From positions 1-55,519 of IMG/VR virus record IMGVR_UViG_3300010401_000041: a DNA stretch of 55,519 nt; one strand, 5' to 3'. This document shows positions 29,085 to 39,265 of the stretch, piece by piece. Every line of letters begins with the position of its first letter. The stretch's first letter is position 1. Source of the stretch: a virus (Duplodnaviria > Caudoviricetes). Under the pieces are notes generated by a model that searched no databases, had not been told where the DNA came from, and was given only the letters and a program-made list of their open reading frames with translations. The position numbers and the translations under genes are program-made.

Positions 29085-29823
29085 ATTTTACGGTAGACTT
29101 GGCAATGTTTTTTTTCAAGCGGCTCACTGTATTGCTTTTGCGATGAGGAATGGTACAGAATTTTCAATGCCTAATAGAACCACTGATCCGTATTGGAATC
29201 CGCTGTATCTTCAACATCTAGTCGATCCGTATTATATACAAGGTAAAGAGGATGTTCTTGTTAATGAAAAATATCATGAATTTCAAGAGGTACAATTTTT
29301 AGATGAATGGAGAGGAAAACAAGTTGTATTGAACGGCTATTGGCAATCAGAAAAATATTTCAAAGATTATAGGACACTGATTTTAGACTTGTTTAATTTT
29401 CCTTGGGAGCAAAAGAAATTCGTTTCTATACATATCAGGAGAGGTGATTATTTGAGATTGCCGGATAAACACCCGCCATTTTCAGAAGAATATATGAGGT
29501 GTGCGACAAGTAGGTTTTACATGAAGGGTCATGATTGCTTCAAGGTGTTTTCTGATGATATTGCTTGGTGTAAAGAGTATTTTAAAGACCCCCACTATGC
29601 GGCAATGAAGATTGAGTTTTCAACCAATACAAGCGAGGTTGATGATATAACAGAAATGAGTCATGCGGTTGGGCATATAAATTCTAGTAGCACTTTTTCT
29701 TGGTGGGGTGCTTGGCTAAACAGAAACCCTGATAAGATTGTTTTTACACCTAAACTTTGGTTCGTAGAAAATTATCCACTCAATACAAGCGATATAATCC
29801 CAGATAGCTGGATAAAAATATAA
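29071..29823 (+). CDS. Alpha-1,2-fucosyltransferase family (GT11)
   Basis: GRLGN..FQ, GYWQSEKYF, SIHIRRGDY and STFSWWGAWL signatures. Confidence 0.92.
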   Translation: MVGTRFYGRLGNVFFQAAHCIAFAMRNGTEFSMPNRTTDPYWNPLYLQHLVDPYYIQGKEDVLVNEKYHEFQEVQFLDEWRGKQVVLNGYWQSEKYFKDYRTLILDLFNFPWEQKKFVSIHIRRGDYLRLPDKHPPFSEEYMRCATSRFYMKGHDCFKVFSDDIAWCKEYFKDPHYAAMKIEFSTNTSEVDDITEMSHAVGHINSSSTFSWWGAWLNRNPDKIVFTPKLWFVENYPLNTSDIIPDSWIKI

Positions 29824-29827
29824 AATA

Positions 29828-30373
29828 ATGGAAATAAACAGCAGAGTTCAAGTAGTAGAGTTAATGAAGCATTTCCAGTTACCATTGGTAGCGGCAGAAG
29901 TTGGAGTGGCTGAAGGAAGATTAAGTAAAGAGCTATTAAATTGGGGCATTGAAAAATTATACCTTATTGATATTTGGGAAAAAGTTCCATTTATAAAAGG
30001 ATGCGGAAGTTTTGACCAAAGCTGGCACGAAAACAATTACAAGTCAGTGTTGGAGGCCATAAAAGGGAGGGAAGATGATGTGATCCTGTTGAAAGGATTT
30101 TCCTATAAGATGGCCGAATTTATACCAGACAATAGTTTGGGAATGGTTTACATTGACGGCGATCATACTTATGAAGGAGCAAGGGCAGACATTGATTCAT
30201 ATTGGCCTAAATTGGTAAATGGAGGATTAATGCTTTTTCATGATGCAGTTAACCCGACATACGGGATAATGGATGCGATGCACAATTTCACAAAGGGGAT
30301 TGGGATTAATTTATTAGAGGAAGATGGCAATATTGCCAATAAGGGCGCGTGGATTCAAAAATCAATGTTATGA
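29828..30373 (+). CDS. Class I SAM-dependent methyltransferase (Methyltransf_24-like)
   Basis: EVGVAEG motif I; YIDGDHTYE...D...W.KL..GG...FHD. Confidence 0.88.
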   Translation: MEINSRVQVVELMKHFQLPLVAAEVGVAEGRLSKELLNWGIEKLYLIDIWEKVPFIKGCGSFDQSWHENNYKSVLEAIKGREDDVILLKGFSYKMAEFIPDNSLGMVYIDGDHTYEGARADIDSYWPKLVNGGLMLFHDAVNPTYGIMDAMHNFTKGIGINLLEEDGNIANKGAWIQKSML

Positions 30374-30969
30374 CATTGCAGAAATTAGGAGAAAAGTACG
30401 GGGTAGATAAGAAATTCCATCCAAATCTTCTTTCTCAATACGAAGACCATCTTCCTATTCACTGTAAAAAGTTTTTGGAAATAGGTTGTTTATATGGTCA
30501 CAGCGCAAAAATGTTCAGGGAATGGTACGGAGAAAAAACAGAGTTTCATTTACTTGATTTATTCAGTGTAGTGTCCGAAGGAGAGTTGGAAGGGTTTAAA
30601 ACATATAAAGGGAAGCAATGTGATTTTGAGGTACTCGAAAAACTTCCTACCGATCTGGGAGTAATTAGCGAAGACGCGTCGCACCACTCGGATGAACAAA
30701 TAATAACATTTAAAAAACTATTCAAAGACAACTTGATTAGCGGTGGGCTGTATGTCGTTGAAGATTGCTATGGTCATTTTGATCCATATTGGAGAAGAAA
30801 TATTATTGAGAAGCCAGAAGATACAATGGTTCCGCTAATGAAAACGTGGCTAAACGGAGGTGATTTGACTAGTCAATTCTTCACGCCCGAAGAAAATGTA
30901 TATTTTAAAGCAAATATAGCAGACGTTAAAATATACGACGATGTAAACGTATTTATATGGAAAAAATAA
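30370..30969 (+). CDS. Class I SAM-dependent O-methyltransferase (sugar O-methyltransferase-like)
   Basis: KYGVDK, LEIG...G.S, EDASH and GGLYVVED; ATG at 30370 coupled to the upstream stop (ATGA). Confidence 0.82.
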   Translation: MTLQKLGEKYGVDKKFHPNLLSQYEDHLPIHCKKFLEIGCLYGHSAKMFREWYGEKTEFHLLDLFSVVSEGELEGFKTYKGKQCDFEVLEKLPTDLGVISEDASHHSDEQIITFKKLFKDNLISGGLYVVEDCYGHFDPYWRRNIIEKPEDTMVPLMKTWLNGGDLTSQFFTPEENVYFKANIADVKIYDDVNVFIWKK

Positions 30970-30973
30970 CAGC

Positions 30974-32209
30974 ATGTTAGACGACAACGAAAAGCAAATG
31001 ATAATTGGCCTGTTCCCCTTTCTTTCAAAGGAGCCAGTTGTCTTTGATATTGGGAGCAACAAGGGACATTTTGCAGACGTTTTTTTGGGCGAATATAAAG
31101 ACGACTGCATGTTATTTCTTTTTGAGCCAAATAGTAAGCTATTATCTTTTACGGAAATAAAATACGAGTATCAAAAAAATATCATTTACGAAAACTTGGC
31201 TGCTTATAAGTCAGAAGGTGAAGTTTCATTTCATTTCTTTGAGAATTTCAATAATGAATTGTCCTCTATATATCCAGATGAAAATAACTGGCAGGGATTG
31301 CCAATGCAGACCAAAAATGTGGCATCCATCTCTATGGATGCTTATTGCAAAAGACATCAAATAGACATTATTGATTATTTAAAGATAGATTGCGAAGGAG
31401 GCGACGTTGATGTTCTGGAAGGATGTAAAGAATTGATGAAATCTGGCAGTATTAAAGTTATTCAAATAGAATATTCCGATCATTACAAAAGAGCAGGGAA
31501 ATCAATGGCAGATGTATTTGATCTTGCCAAAGAAAGTGGATATACTGTATATAATTACAGGATGGGAAACTACTGGAAGATTGAGGATAATTGGTCGTCA
31601 ATGGCGACCGATAATTATATTCTCACCAAGGAAGAAATTCACAACTATTGTAAACCGGGATGGAACAATGAATTTATAATTAATACCTCTGAATTGCCGA
31701 GAGTTGACCTATGTTTGGAAATTGGAGTAATGGAAGGCATGACGACAAAATATATCTGCCAAAACCTATTAAGTGAAGGAGGACGCGTTATAGCGGTCGA
31801 TCCGTTGTTGGATCACTATGTTGAAGGCGATACCGAACACTCGTATTTCAAAGGCCAATATCCTAGATTCATAAGAAACACAAGAGGACTGCCAGTTGAA
31901 TTAAAACGCGGCAAAAGTCAGGACGAATTGCCTAAGTTAAACGCATTGAGATTTGATTTTATTTACATTGACGGCGATCATAGGCATGATGCAGTTTACC
32001 ATGATGCGGTATGGTCGTTTGCGATTTGTAAAAATGGAGGGATTATACTGATAGATGACTATGAATGGCGCGAAGAAACGAAAGCTGGCATTGATAAGTT
32101 TTTGGCCGAATTCGGATCATCTCTTCAGGTTTTAATTAAAGGGTATCAGGTATTAATACAGAAGATACATAATCAATACAACGAAATCACTTTTGATTAC
32201 TATAAATAA
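30974..32209 (+). CDS. Two-domain methyltransferase (FkbM family + Methyltransf_24)
   Basis: N-terminal FDIGSNKG, FEP and LKIDCEGGD; C-terminal LEIGVMEG, AVDP, FIYIDGDH and GGIILIDDY. Confidence 0.88.
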   Translation: MLDDNEKQMIIGLFPFLSKEPVVFDIGSNKGHFADVFLGEYKDDCMLFLFEPNSKLLSFTEIKYEYQKNIIYENLAAYKSEGEVSFHFFENFNNELSSIYPDENNWQGLPMQTKNVASISMDAYCKRHQIDIIDYLKIDCEGGDVDVLEGCKELMKSGSIKVIQIEYSDHYKRAGKSMADVFDLAKESGYTVYNYRMGNYWKIEDNWSSMATDNYILTKEEIHNYCKPGWNNEFIINTSELPRVDLCLEIGVMEGMTTKYICQNLLSEGGRVIAVDPLLDHYVEGDTEHSYFKGQYPRFIRNTRGLPVELKRGKSQDELPKLNALRFDFIYIDGDHRHDAVYHDAVWSFAICKNGGIILIDDYEWREETKAGIDKFLAEFGSSLQVLIKGYQVLIQKIHNQYNEITFDYYK

Positions 32210-32216
32210 ATTATCT

Positions 32217-32843
32217 ATGATGATAGATTTTGATTACTTATTCGACAAATACAACATAAAACCTAACGGGGTTTTACACTTAGGGGCAAACGAAGGGCAG
32301 GAGGCGGAAGATTATCAGAAACGAGGGATTGAAAATGTCATTTGGGTAGAAGCCAATGGTCATGTTTTCAAAAAACTGGAAAATCATGTAAAAGACATTC
32401 CCGGCAGCATTTGCATTCAGGCCTGCGTTTCGGATAGATATTCAGAAACTTTCTTTAATATATCAAATAATGATAGCCAATCCAGCAGCATTATGGAATT
32501 AGGACATCATTCGGTTATTCACCCGGAAGTACATTATGTAGATAAGATACCAATTACCACACATCGGATAGATGAATTACTTAAAGATTTCGATTTTGAA
32601 GGTGATTGGTTTTTAAATGCCGACCTGCAAGGTGCAGAGTTGTTAGCATTAAAAGGGATGGGGGAATTGCTAGATAAATTTAAATGGTGCTATTTAGAAG
32701 TAAATAAAAAAGAAACGTATAAAGGTTGTCCAGATATTGACGACGTAGATGTCTTTTTATTACAAAGAGGATTCGAGCGAGTCGAAACAGGCGAATGGGT
32801 TGCTGATACTTGGACTGATGCTCTTTATTTAAAAGTAAAATAA
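32217..32843 (+). CDS. FkbM family methyltransferase
   Basis: LHLGANEGQE, WVEAN, SSSI and LNADLQGAEL..LKG...YLEV motifs. Confidence 0.88.
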   Translation: MMIDFDYLFDKYNIKPNGVLHLGANEGQEAEDYQKRGIENVIWVEANGHVFKKLENHVKDIPGSICIQACVSDRYSETFFNISNNDSQSSSIMELGHHSVIHPEVHYVDKIPITTHRIDELLKDFDFEGDWFLNADLQGAELLALKGMGELLDKFKWCYLEVNKKETYKGCPDIDDVDVFLLQRGFERVETGEWVADTWTDALYLKVK

Positions 32844-33709
32844 TGTTTGACCTTTTGCCACATATAAACGTCGCCTACCCGCCAAATAATGAAATAATAT
32901 TTGAAGAATGGTTCCGGGAGGTATATAGAGGTTGTAAAACCGACAGGGGATTACTGCCAATTAACTTTACTTCTTATTGGGTAAATAACGATTATGGTAA
33001 CAATGAAGCTGCCAAAAAATATCTTCAGGAATTTGTAGACGGACTGGATAGGAATAAAAAGTATTTCTGCATTGTTCAATATGACGACGGAGTATTAATA
33101 GACTTTAAAGATTTGGATGTAGTGCAGTTTAATATGTCAAAAAAGGTTGGGATTGAAATTCCTCTTTTATGTCAGCCGCATCCGTATAAGTTTGATGGAG
33201 AAAAAAAATATTTAGCTTCATTTGTTGGTAGTAGGACGCATCCTATAAGAAATGAACTAGAAAAACTAAAAGGCAAAGAAGGGTATCATATTTCTTTTGA
33301 ACCGCATGAGATTGAAGATTATTGTAGAATAATTCACGAATCATATTTCGTTCTTTGCCCGCGCGGATATGGGGCATCTAGTTTCCGCATTTGCGAAAGT
33401 TTGCAGTATGGTGCAATTCCGGTTTATTTATCCGATGAGTTTATAGAGCCGTTTGGCGTGCCGTTTAATTATTACGGTGTAAGAGTAGATGACGGTAATA
33501 TACATAAACTAGAAGATTGGCTCAATCCAGATAATAGAAATGACGGGTATCTCCATAAGAACAAACAAATATTTTATGAAGAGATGTTCACTTACGAAGG
33601 TTGTAGTAAACAAATAATAAAGAATCTTGAAACTGAATATCGTACACGGCAGGACTCCATCTCGTTTTCAGCCAATGGTAGAGGAACTAAAGCGGCAGCA
33701 GATTTCTGA
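32843..33709 (+). CDS. Exostosin-like glycosyltransferase (GT47)
   Basis: ASFVGS.THPIR and FVLCPRGYGASSFRICESLQYGAIPVYLSD. Confidence 0.85.
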   Translation: MFDLLPHINVAYPPNNEIIFEEWFREVYRGCKTDRGLLPINFTSYWVNNDYGNNEAAKKYLQEFVDGLDRNKKYFCIVQYDDGVLIDFKDLDVVQFNMSKKVGIEIPLLCQPHPYKFDGEKKYLASFVGSRTHPIRNELEKLKGKEGYHISFEPHEIEDYCRIIHESYFVLCPRGYGASSFRICESLQYGAIPVYLSDEFIEPFGVPFNYYGVRVDDGNIHKLEDWLNPDNRNDGYLHKNKQIFYEEMFTYEGCSKQIIKNLETEYRTRQDSISFSANGRGTKAAADF

Positions 33710-34175
33710 TTATGAAATATGGGATAGCATCTATTTGAAAACAGTGAAAGCAAGTATAAATGCCGCCCATAAACAAATAGTAGAGTTTGCACAAGTTGCC
33801 AGATGGGATGAAGTATTAATAGCGGAAGATGATTTTGTCGGGACTCATGAAAACAGCTTTAAGTTCTTTCTAAGTAAAAAACCAACTGACTACGATATTT
33901 ATTTATCCATGATATACATGGGGGATATTGACGAAATGAATTGTGTAAAAGAATTTTCCGGGATGACTATGTACATGGTACATTCCAGATTCTACGATAC
34001 GTTTTTAAATACAGACCCGGAAGAACACATTGACCGGACGTTAAGCGGATTGGGCAAGTTTGTTGTATGCAACCCTTTTGCCTTTATTCAAAGAAATGGA
34101 TTTAGTTCAAACACAGGGAAGGAGGAAAAGTATGATACCCTGCTGGAAGGCAGGAATTTATATTTCGGAATTTGA
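33627..34175 (+). CDS. Second GT25-like glycosyltransferase
   Basis: SINAAHKQIV..A...VLIAEDD, P.DYDIYL, F..M..Y.V...FY and HID; TTG start. Confidence 0.72.
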   Translation: MKLNIVHGRTPSRFQPMVEELKRQQISDYEIWDSIYLKTVKASINAAHKQIVEFAQVARWDEVLIAEDDFVGTHENSFKFFLSKKPTDYDIYLSMIYMGDIDEMNCVKEFSGMTMYMVHSRFYDTFLNTDPEEHIDRTLSGLGKFVVCNPFAFIQRNGFSSNTGKEEKYDTLLEGRNLYFGI

Positions 34176-34219
34176 AATATTTATTATCTTTATCTGTCCC
34201 AACCAATATTTGAGAAACT

Positions 34220-36673
34220 TTGAGTACTATCACTGATACACAAATAGGAACTTACCCGAACGCTCAGGTTGATCCACGAGATAAGGGATTTGATTGGATT
34301 CTCCAATACTCCCGCGCCGCGTATAACGATAGCCGGGGCTATATGATTAACGGGCAACTGAATGTCGGAAATTTAAAAATGTCGGAAATTAAAATGTATG
34401 GACTCGGGAAACAGCCCGTTGATAAGTATAAAAAAATGTCATCCCCCGCCAACCCCTCTGATCCATCTTGGAGAGCCGTTGACTGGACGCCGCCGGCCTT
34501 CATGTGTAAATTCCGGGAAATAGAACTTTCCAAAATTCATCAAAAAAAATTCGACTTTCAAGCGTTCGCTATTGACCCTTTAGCCAAGAGCGAGGAAGAC
34601 GCGTATTTCAACCAGATGAAGGTGAAAATACTCATGCGCGAAGCGGCTATGCAACAGGGATCACAGTTAGCGGATAGCCCATTGCTTGCACAACAACCGG
34701 GAGAACCGGAAGACATGGAGCAATTGACCATGCAAAAAGATTTTGGCTATAAGCATGTCATGGCAATGGAAGCGGAAGAAGCTATAAGTCTCGTTTATCA
34801 GCAGAATAATATAGATGAAATCGAAAGTCAGTTAGGACAAAACTTATATGACTATGGGCTGGGTGCTGTTACCTCTGAAATTGACGAAAACGGAATGGTG
34901 AAACTCAGGGTTATCAACAACGAATATTTAGGAACATCATATTTTGAAAAGCCTGACGGATCGGACATGATTCACTGGTTTGAAATAATCCCTACTTATG
35001 TAGGTGATTTAGCCCCCTATTATACAAAAGAACAACTGGATGACATTTGTAAAAAATCGTTAACCATAAATGGCAATCCTAATTCCTACACACCTTTCAA
35101 TGGGTATTTCAATAAGGCGTGGAATAGGTTCAAGGTTATGGTAATGAAAATAAAATTCTATAGCTGGAACGATACTGTTTATAAAGAAGAGATTGATGGT
35201 AGGGATAACCTTAGATTTGGGAAGTCTTCTTACAAGAATAAACAGTTTTTATCCGTAAATCCATCTGGCGAATTACAACAGGAAGAACCAGAAGATAATG
35301 GGTATAACGCCTCTATTAATGATACTAATGACAGAGGCGGTGAGCCTACTCCAAAATATATTGGTAGCTGCAAAAAAGTAGTGTATAAAGCATCGTGGAT
35401 TATCAACACGGAGTATATGCACGATTGGGGGTTAAAGGAAAATCAAAATCGTAAACTATCTTCTTGGTGGGACACCGATTTGGATATTTACCTGTATGCT
35501 TGGAATTTTTATAAAATGCAATTCACGGGTATTACAGAAAGATTGATTCCGCTGGAAGATAGCGCGTGTATGACTTGGTTCAACCTACAAAATCTTTCAA
35601 ATAAACTCATCCCGTATATTATCAATATTGACATGAACTCCGTAGAGGGCGCGTTTCCGTACGGGAAGGGCGGAACTAAAGGTAAGCCGTCAGATGTCAT
35701 TGATTTTATATTCAGTAATTTCATTGCGCCATACAGAAGTACTGACTTACTAAGTCGTAACCCTAATTACAAACCAATTACAATTGAAGCAACCGGGCAG
35801 CTTGCTGCATTTGTTCAATTACACGATAAGTTGCAACGGGAGCTAGACTATATGAGATTGGTGTCTGGCTTAAATGAAGCGACTGATGCCAGCACAGTAA
35901 ATGCTAAAAATTTAAATTCAACAAATGAGGCAATGGTAGAAAGCACTAATAATGCTATCTACCCAATAGTAAATGCCAAGAAAAATATTCTTCGTCGTCT
36001 TGCTGATGGAGTAGTTCAGAAAGTTCAGATAGCCGTTAAGTTAGGAAAGGTTCAAGGGTACGCAAAAGCACTTGGCACAAACGCAGTTCAGTTTTTCAAT
36101 ATCAACCCGGATATTTCCCTTCACGAATTAGGAATATTTCTTGAAGAAGCTCCAACGCAAGCACAAAGAGATGCGTTATGGCAGGATGTTTCTATAAAAG
36201 AAAGTCAAGGTCTGTTAACTGTAGGGGATAAGGCTTTTATTATGACTTGCCGAAATCTGAAAGAAGCCTATATGGTTTTGGACTACAAGATTAAAAGAAG
36301 GAAAGAAGAGGCACAGCAATTTGAACTTCAAAAAATTCAAGAAAACAATCAGGGGCAAATGCAAATGCAAGCCCAAGCCGAACAAATGAAGCAGCAAACA
36401 ATGGCTATGCAGGGGCAAATAGATATGCAGGCTATAGTAACTGAAAAAATGTGGGATTTTGAAATTGAAAAAATGAAGAAAACCGCAGATGTTCAAGGCG
36501 AATCATTACAAGCGGATGCAAGAACAATTGGGCATCAAATTCAAGCTCACGCGAAAGTTGTTTCTTCTCAAATTGCAGCAGCAGCAAGCATCGGTAAGCA
36601 ACACATTGCGGGGGAATCAGCAAAAGAAAAGCAAGAGATTGCTAACAAGAAAAAACCAGCGAAAGCTAGTTAG
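34220..36673 (+). CDS. Portal protein (crAss-like)
   Basis: 817 aa; YGLGKQP..KYK, DWTP...KF, AIDP, SGLNEATDAS and a Gln/Met-rich C-terminal barrel helix; upstream of scaffold and capsid genes. Confidence 0.88.
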   Translation: MSTITDTQIGTYPNAQVDPRDKGFDWILQYSRAAYNDSRGYMINGQLNVGNLKMSEIKMYGLGKQPVDKYKKMSSPANPSDPSWRAVDWTPPAFMCKFREIELSKIHQKKFDFQAFAIDPLAKSEEDAYFNQMKVKILMREAAMQQGSQLADSPLLAQQPGEPEDMEQLTMQKDFGYKHVMAMEAEEAISLVYQQNNIDEIESQLGQNLYDYGLGAVTSEIDENGMVKLRVINNEYLGTSYFEKPDGSDMIHWFEIIPTYVGDLAPYYTKEQLDDICKKSLTINGNPNSYTPFNGYFNKAWNRFKVMVMKIKFYSWNDTVYKEEIDGRDNLRFGKSSYKNKQFLSVNPSGELQQEEPEDNGYNASINDTNDRGGEPTPKYIGSCKKVVYKASWIINTEYMHDWGLKENQNRKLSSWWDTDLDIYLYAWNFYKMQFTGITERLIPLEDSACMTWFNLQNLSNKLIPYIINIDMNSVEGAFPYGKGGTKGKPSDVIDFIFSNFIAPYRSTDLLSRNPNYKPITIEATGQLAAFVQLHDKLQRELDYMRLVSGLNEATDASTVNAKNLNSTNEAMVESTNNAIYPIVNAKKNILRRLADGVVQKVQIAVKLGKVQGYAKALGTNAVQFFNINPDISLHELGIFLEEAPTQAQRDALWQDVSIKESQGLLTVGDKAFIMTCRNLKEAYMVLDYKIKRRKEEAQQFELQKIQENNQGQMQMQAQAEQMKQQTMAMQGQIDMQAIVTEKMWDFEIEKMKKTADVQGESLQADARTIGHQIQAHAKVVSSQIAAAASIGKQHIAGESAKEKQEIANKKKPAKAS

Positions 36674-36713
36674 ATAAAAAATTATATATTTACATCGTCT
36701 AAACCAATATTCA

Positions 36714-37838
36714 ATGTCAGCGACACTATCTACTTTCTCACAAGTGCAGAATAATTTAGAGAGTTTTGAACAAAAACAAAACACCCCGGCAGTACCCGAA
36801 ACGCCGGTTGTTCCAGAAACTCCCGTCGCTACTCCTGAAATTCCAGTTAGCCCATCGGTTCCAGAAACACCGGCACAACCTGAAACCCCGGAAGCTCCTG
36901 TAGTCGATGAAAGTTCGTCTGATTTTTCTATTTCATTAGATGATAATAATCCCGTTGTTCCAGAAACGCCAGCAAAACCTTCTGTCCCCGCTGTATATAA
37001 TTGGAAAGAGGAATTAAAAAAAATTCCAAAGACAGAAGTTCTAAAGGAAATTGGCCTAAATGATTTTGCTATCGAATTGGACGAGCATATAGCAAAAGGT
37101 GGGAAACCAGTTGACTATCTTAACGCAAGAGCCGTTGATTATAATTCAATCAGCGACGAATCAATCATAAAAAGCAGCCTTCAGAAGCAATATCCAAATT
37201 TTACACCACAGCAAATTGATTTATTCTTTTCCAGAAAGTATGCGGTATCTCTTGAAGGTACAGATGAAGATAAAGAGTTTGCTGATCTGCAAATGAAAGC
37301 AGATGCACACTCAATCAGACAAAACGCAATTGCAGAACAATCAAAATATAAAGTTCCAGACGGAATTATTCCTCAAAAAGACGAGGCCTATGACGAATGG
37401 AAACAACAACAAGAGACGTTAGCCCAACGTTCTCAACAACTCACCGATTTTTATTTGAATAACCCGGCAACAAAAAACCTACATGAAAGTAAGAGAGTTA
37501 CTATAAGTTTAGGAGAAGGAGTTAAGCCGTACAATTGGGTTATCGACAAGCCAGAAGTTATCACCAACGCATTTACCGATGGAGGCCAAACATGGCAAAA
37601 GCTAACGCGCACAGCAACGGGAGAGCCGGACGTAGCGAAGCAGCAGTTAATAGCATTATTTGCTATTAACCCCACAAAGTTCATGCAGGACATTTTTAAC
37701 TATGGTAAAGGAATGGGCGTTCGCAAAGAGCTTGTAGAAGAAGGACAAAATGCTCAACGACCACAAGCTAAGATTATCAACGCTGATCCAAATGCAAAAC
37801 CAACGTATCGTACGGGTACGTATGCAGGAGGCAGCTAA
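36714..37838 (+). CDS. Putative capsid scaffolding/assembly protein
   Basis: Lies between portal and capsid genes; acidic, with N-terminal PETP low-complexity repeats. Confidence 0.6.
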   Translation: MSATLSTFSQVQNNLESFEQKQNTPAVPETPVVPETPVATPEIPVSPSVPETPAQPETPEAPVVDESSSDFSISLDDNNPVVPETPAKPSVPAVYNWKEELKKIPKTEVLKEIGLNDFAIELDEHIAKGGKPVDYLNARAVDYNSISDESIIKSSLQKQYPNFTPQQIDLFFSRKYAVSLEGTDEDKEFADLQMKADAHSIRQNAIAEQSKYKVPDGIIPQKDEAYDEWKQQQETLAQRSQQLTDFYLNNPATKNLHESKRVTISLGEGVKPYNWVIDKPEVITNAFTDGGQTWQKLTRTATGEPDVAKQQLIALFAINPTKFMQDIFNYGKGMGVRKELVEEGQNAQRPQAKIINADPNAKPTYRTGTYAGGS

Positions 37839-37866
37839 TTTCTAACTCTCCTAACTCTTAAACAAA

Positions 37867-39210
37867 ATGGCAGCAAGTACTGGTATTATAAATAAGTCGT
37901 ACGTATCGGCACTCGATCCGGTTCTCGACACACGTGAAATAAACAAACTCATCACCGACGTTCAAAATGAAGATGAATTAAGTGATATTTTGAATTATGG
38001 CAATAAAAAAATGTCAACAAAACAGCCCGTTTATTACACTTTCTACGATGACCCGCTGATTAAATCAGTAACAGTAACATCAAATACAGGAACAGGTTCA
38101 ACCCAAGTTACCCCTGCTTTAAGCGCGGCAACTTCCGGTTATACACGTAATGGTGATATGGTAATGTTTACCAACAACGTGGTTGGTATCGTTACAAACG
38201 TGGCAACATCTTCAGGTATTGATACTATTACAATTAAGGCGGTTGCTGGCGCAAACATTACGTTGGGCGCGACCGATACGCTTTCTTTGTTCTCTCGTGC
38301 GGTTGGTGAAAATTCATACACTGCAACCAATCTTCGTTATGGCTTAACACGTCAAACGAACAAGTATCAAATCTTTGACGGAACATCCCGCATCACTGAT
38401 GTTCAGAACGCATCAACAATTGAAGTTGATTTTCAGGGTCAACCGAAATATATCTTCAAAGACCATTGGGAAAAAACTATCAAGATGAAATCAGACATCA
38501 ATGCCGCCTTCTGGGGTGGTGATATGTCAGTGACTTCATATTCTGATGCAAACCCAATTCTTACCGATCCTGTTGTAGCGTCTGATGGCTTATCCGGTGG
38601 CGGCGCAGTTCAAACAACACGCGGAGTAAACAAATACATTGATTTGTATGGAACGGCTCTGGTGAACGGTACTTTGGGAACTTATCAAAAAGCAAACCTT
38701 GACGATCTGGTTGCAAATCTGGTTGCGGTTCGCGCTCCAAAAGACTATCTGGTAGTTGGTTCTACTCTGGCTAAAAAGACTACTGATGATTACTACAAAT
38801 CTCTTGGTTCTTCAGGTGTAAACTCAGTAAGAATCATTATCGATGGGCGCGAATTGGATATGACCGTAGATAAAGTTAGTGTTGGTAAATTCCAACTTAA
38901 CTATACAGTGATGCCAATTTTGGATCATCCTATTACGTTCGGTTTCTCAACAATTCCAAAGAACCTGTTCTATTTGCCACTCAACAACAAAGTAAAAGTT
39001 GAAGGTGGCGGTAGTGATGACCAAATCCGCGTTCGTTACGTTCCTAAGCAAACTGTTTACGGTAACGATATGACGAATGAGATTCACTACGGCGCATTGA
39101 ATCCTGTTAATCCAAACGGCCCCGGTATGTTTACTGGAACTGATTGGAAAACAGCGCAAGGACTTGAAGTGTTAGCACCGCAATTCCTTATCAAGCAAAG
39201 AGTGCTTTAA
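37867..39210 (+). CDS. Major capsid protein
   Basis: 447 aa, strong codon bias, followed by a terminator. HK97-like features (GE.S, N..QIF....IT, TTRG..K.I, G.E) with a Ser/Thr-rich inserted beta domain. Confidence 0.85.
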   Translation: MAASTGIINKSYVSALDPVLDTREINKLITDVQNEDELSDILNYGNKKMSTKQPVYYTFYDDPLIKSVTVTSNTGTGSTQVTPALSAATSGYTRNGDMVMFTNNVVGIVTNVATSSGIDTITIKAVAGANITLGATDTLSLFSRAVGENSYTATNLRYGLTRQTNKYQIFDGTSRITDVQNASTIEVDFQGQPKYIFKDHWEKTIKMKSDINAAFWGGDMSVTSYSDANPILTDPVVASDGLSGGGAVQTTRGVNKYIDLYGTALVNGTLGTYQKANLDDLVANLVAVRAPKDYLVVGSTLAKKTTDDYYKSLGSSGVNSVRIIIDGRELDMTVDKVSVGKFQLNYTVMPILDHPITFGFSTIPKNLFYLPLNNKVKVEGGGSDDQIRVRYVPKQTVYGNDMTNEIHYGALNPVNPNGPGMFTGTDWKTAQGLEVLAPQFLIKQRVL

Positions 39211-39220
39211 TATGTTATCT

Positions 39221-39248
39221 AGGGGAGGACTTACACTCCCCTCTTTTT
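39221..39248 (+). terminator. Rho-independent terminator after the major capsid gene
   Basis: AGGGGAG-gacttaca-CTCCCCT followed by a T-run. Confidence 0.75.
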
Positions 39249-39265
39249 AATATTAATTATTTTTT

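Noticed and set aside
36780-36990. PETP repeats as a DNA repeat element
   Set aside because: Explained as a low-complexity linker in the putative scaffold protein, with variable codons.
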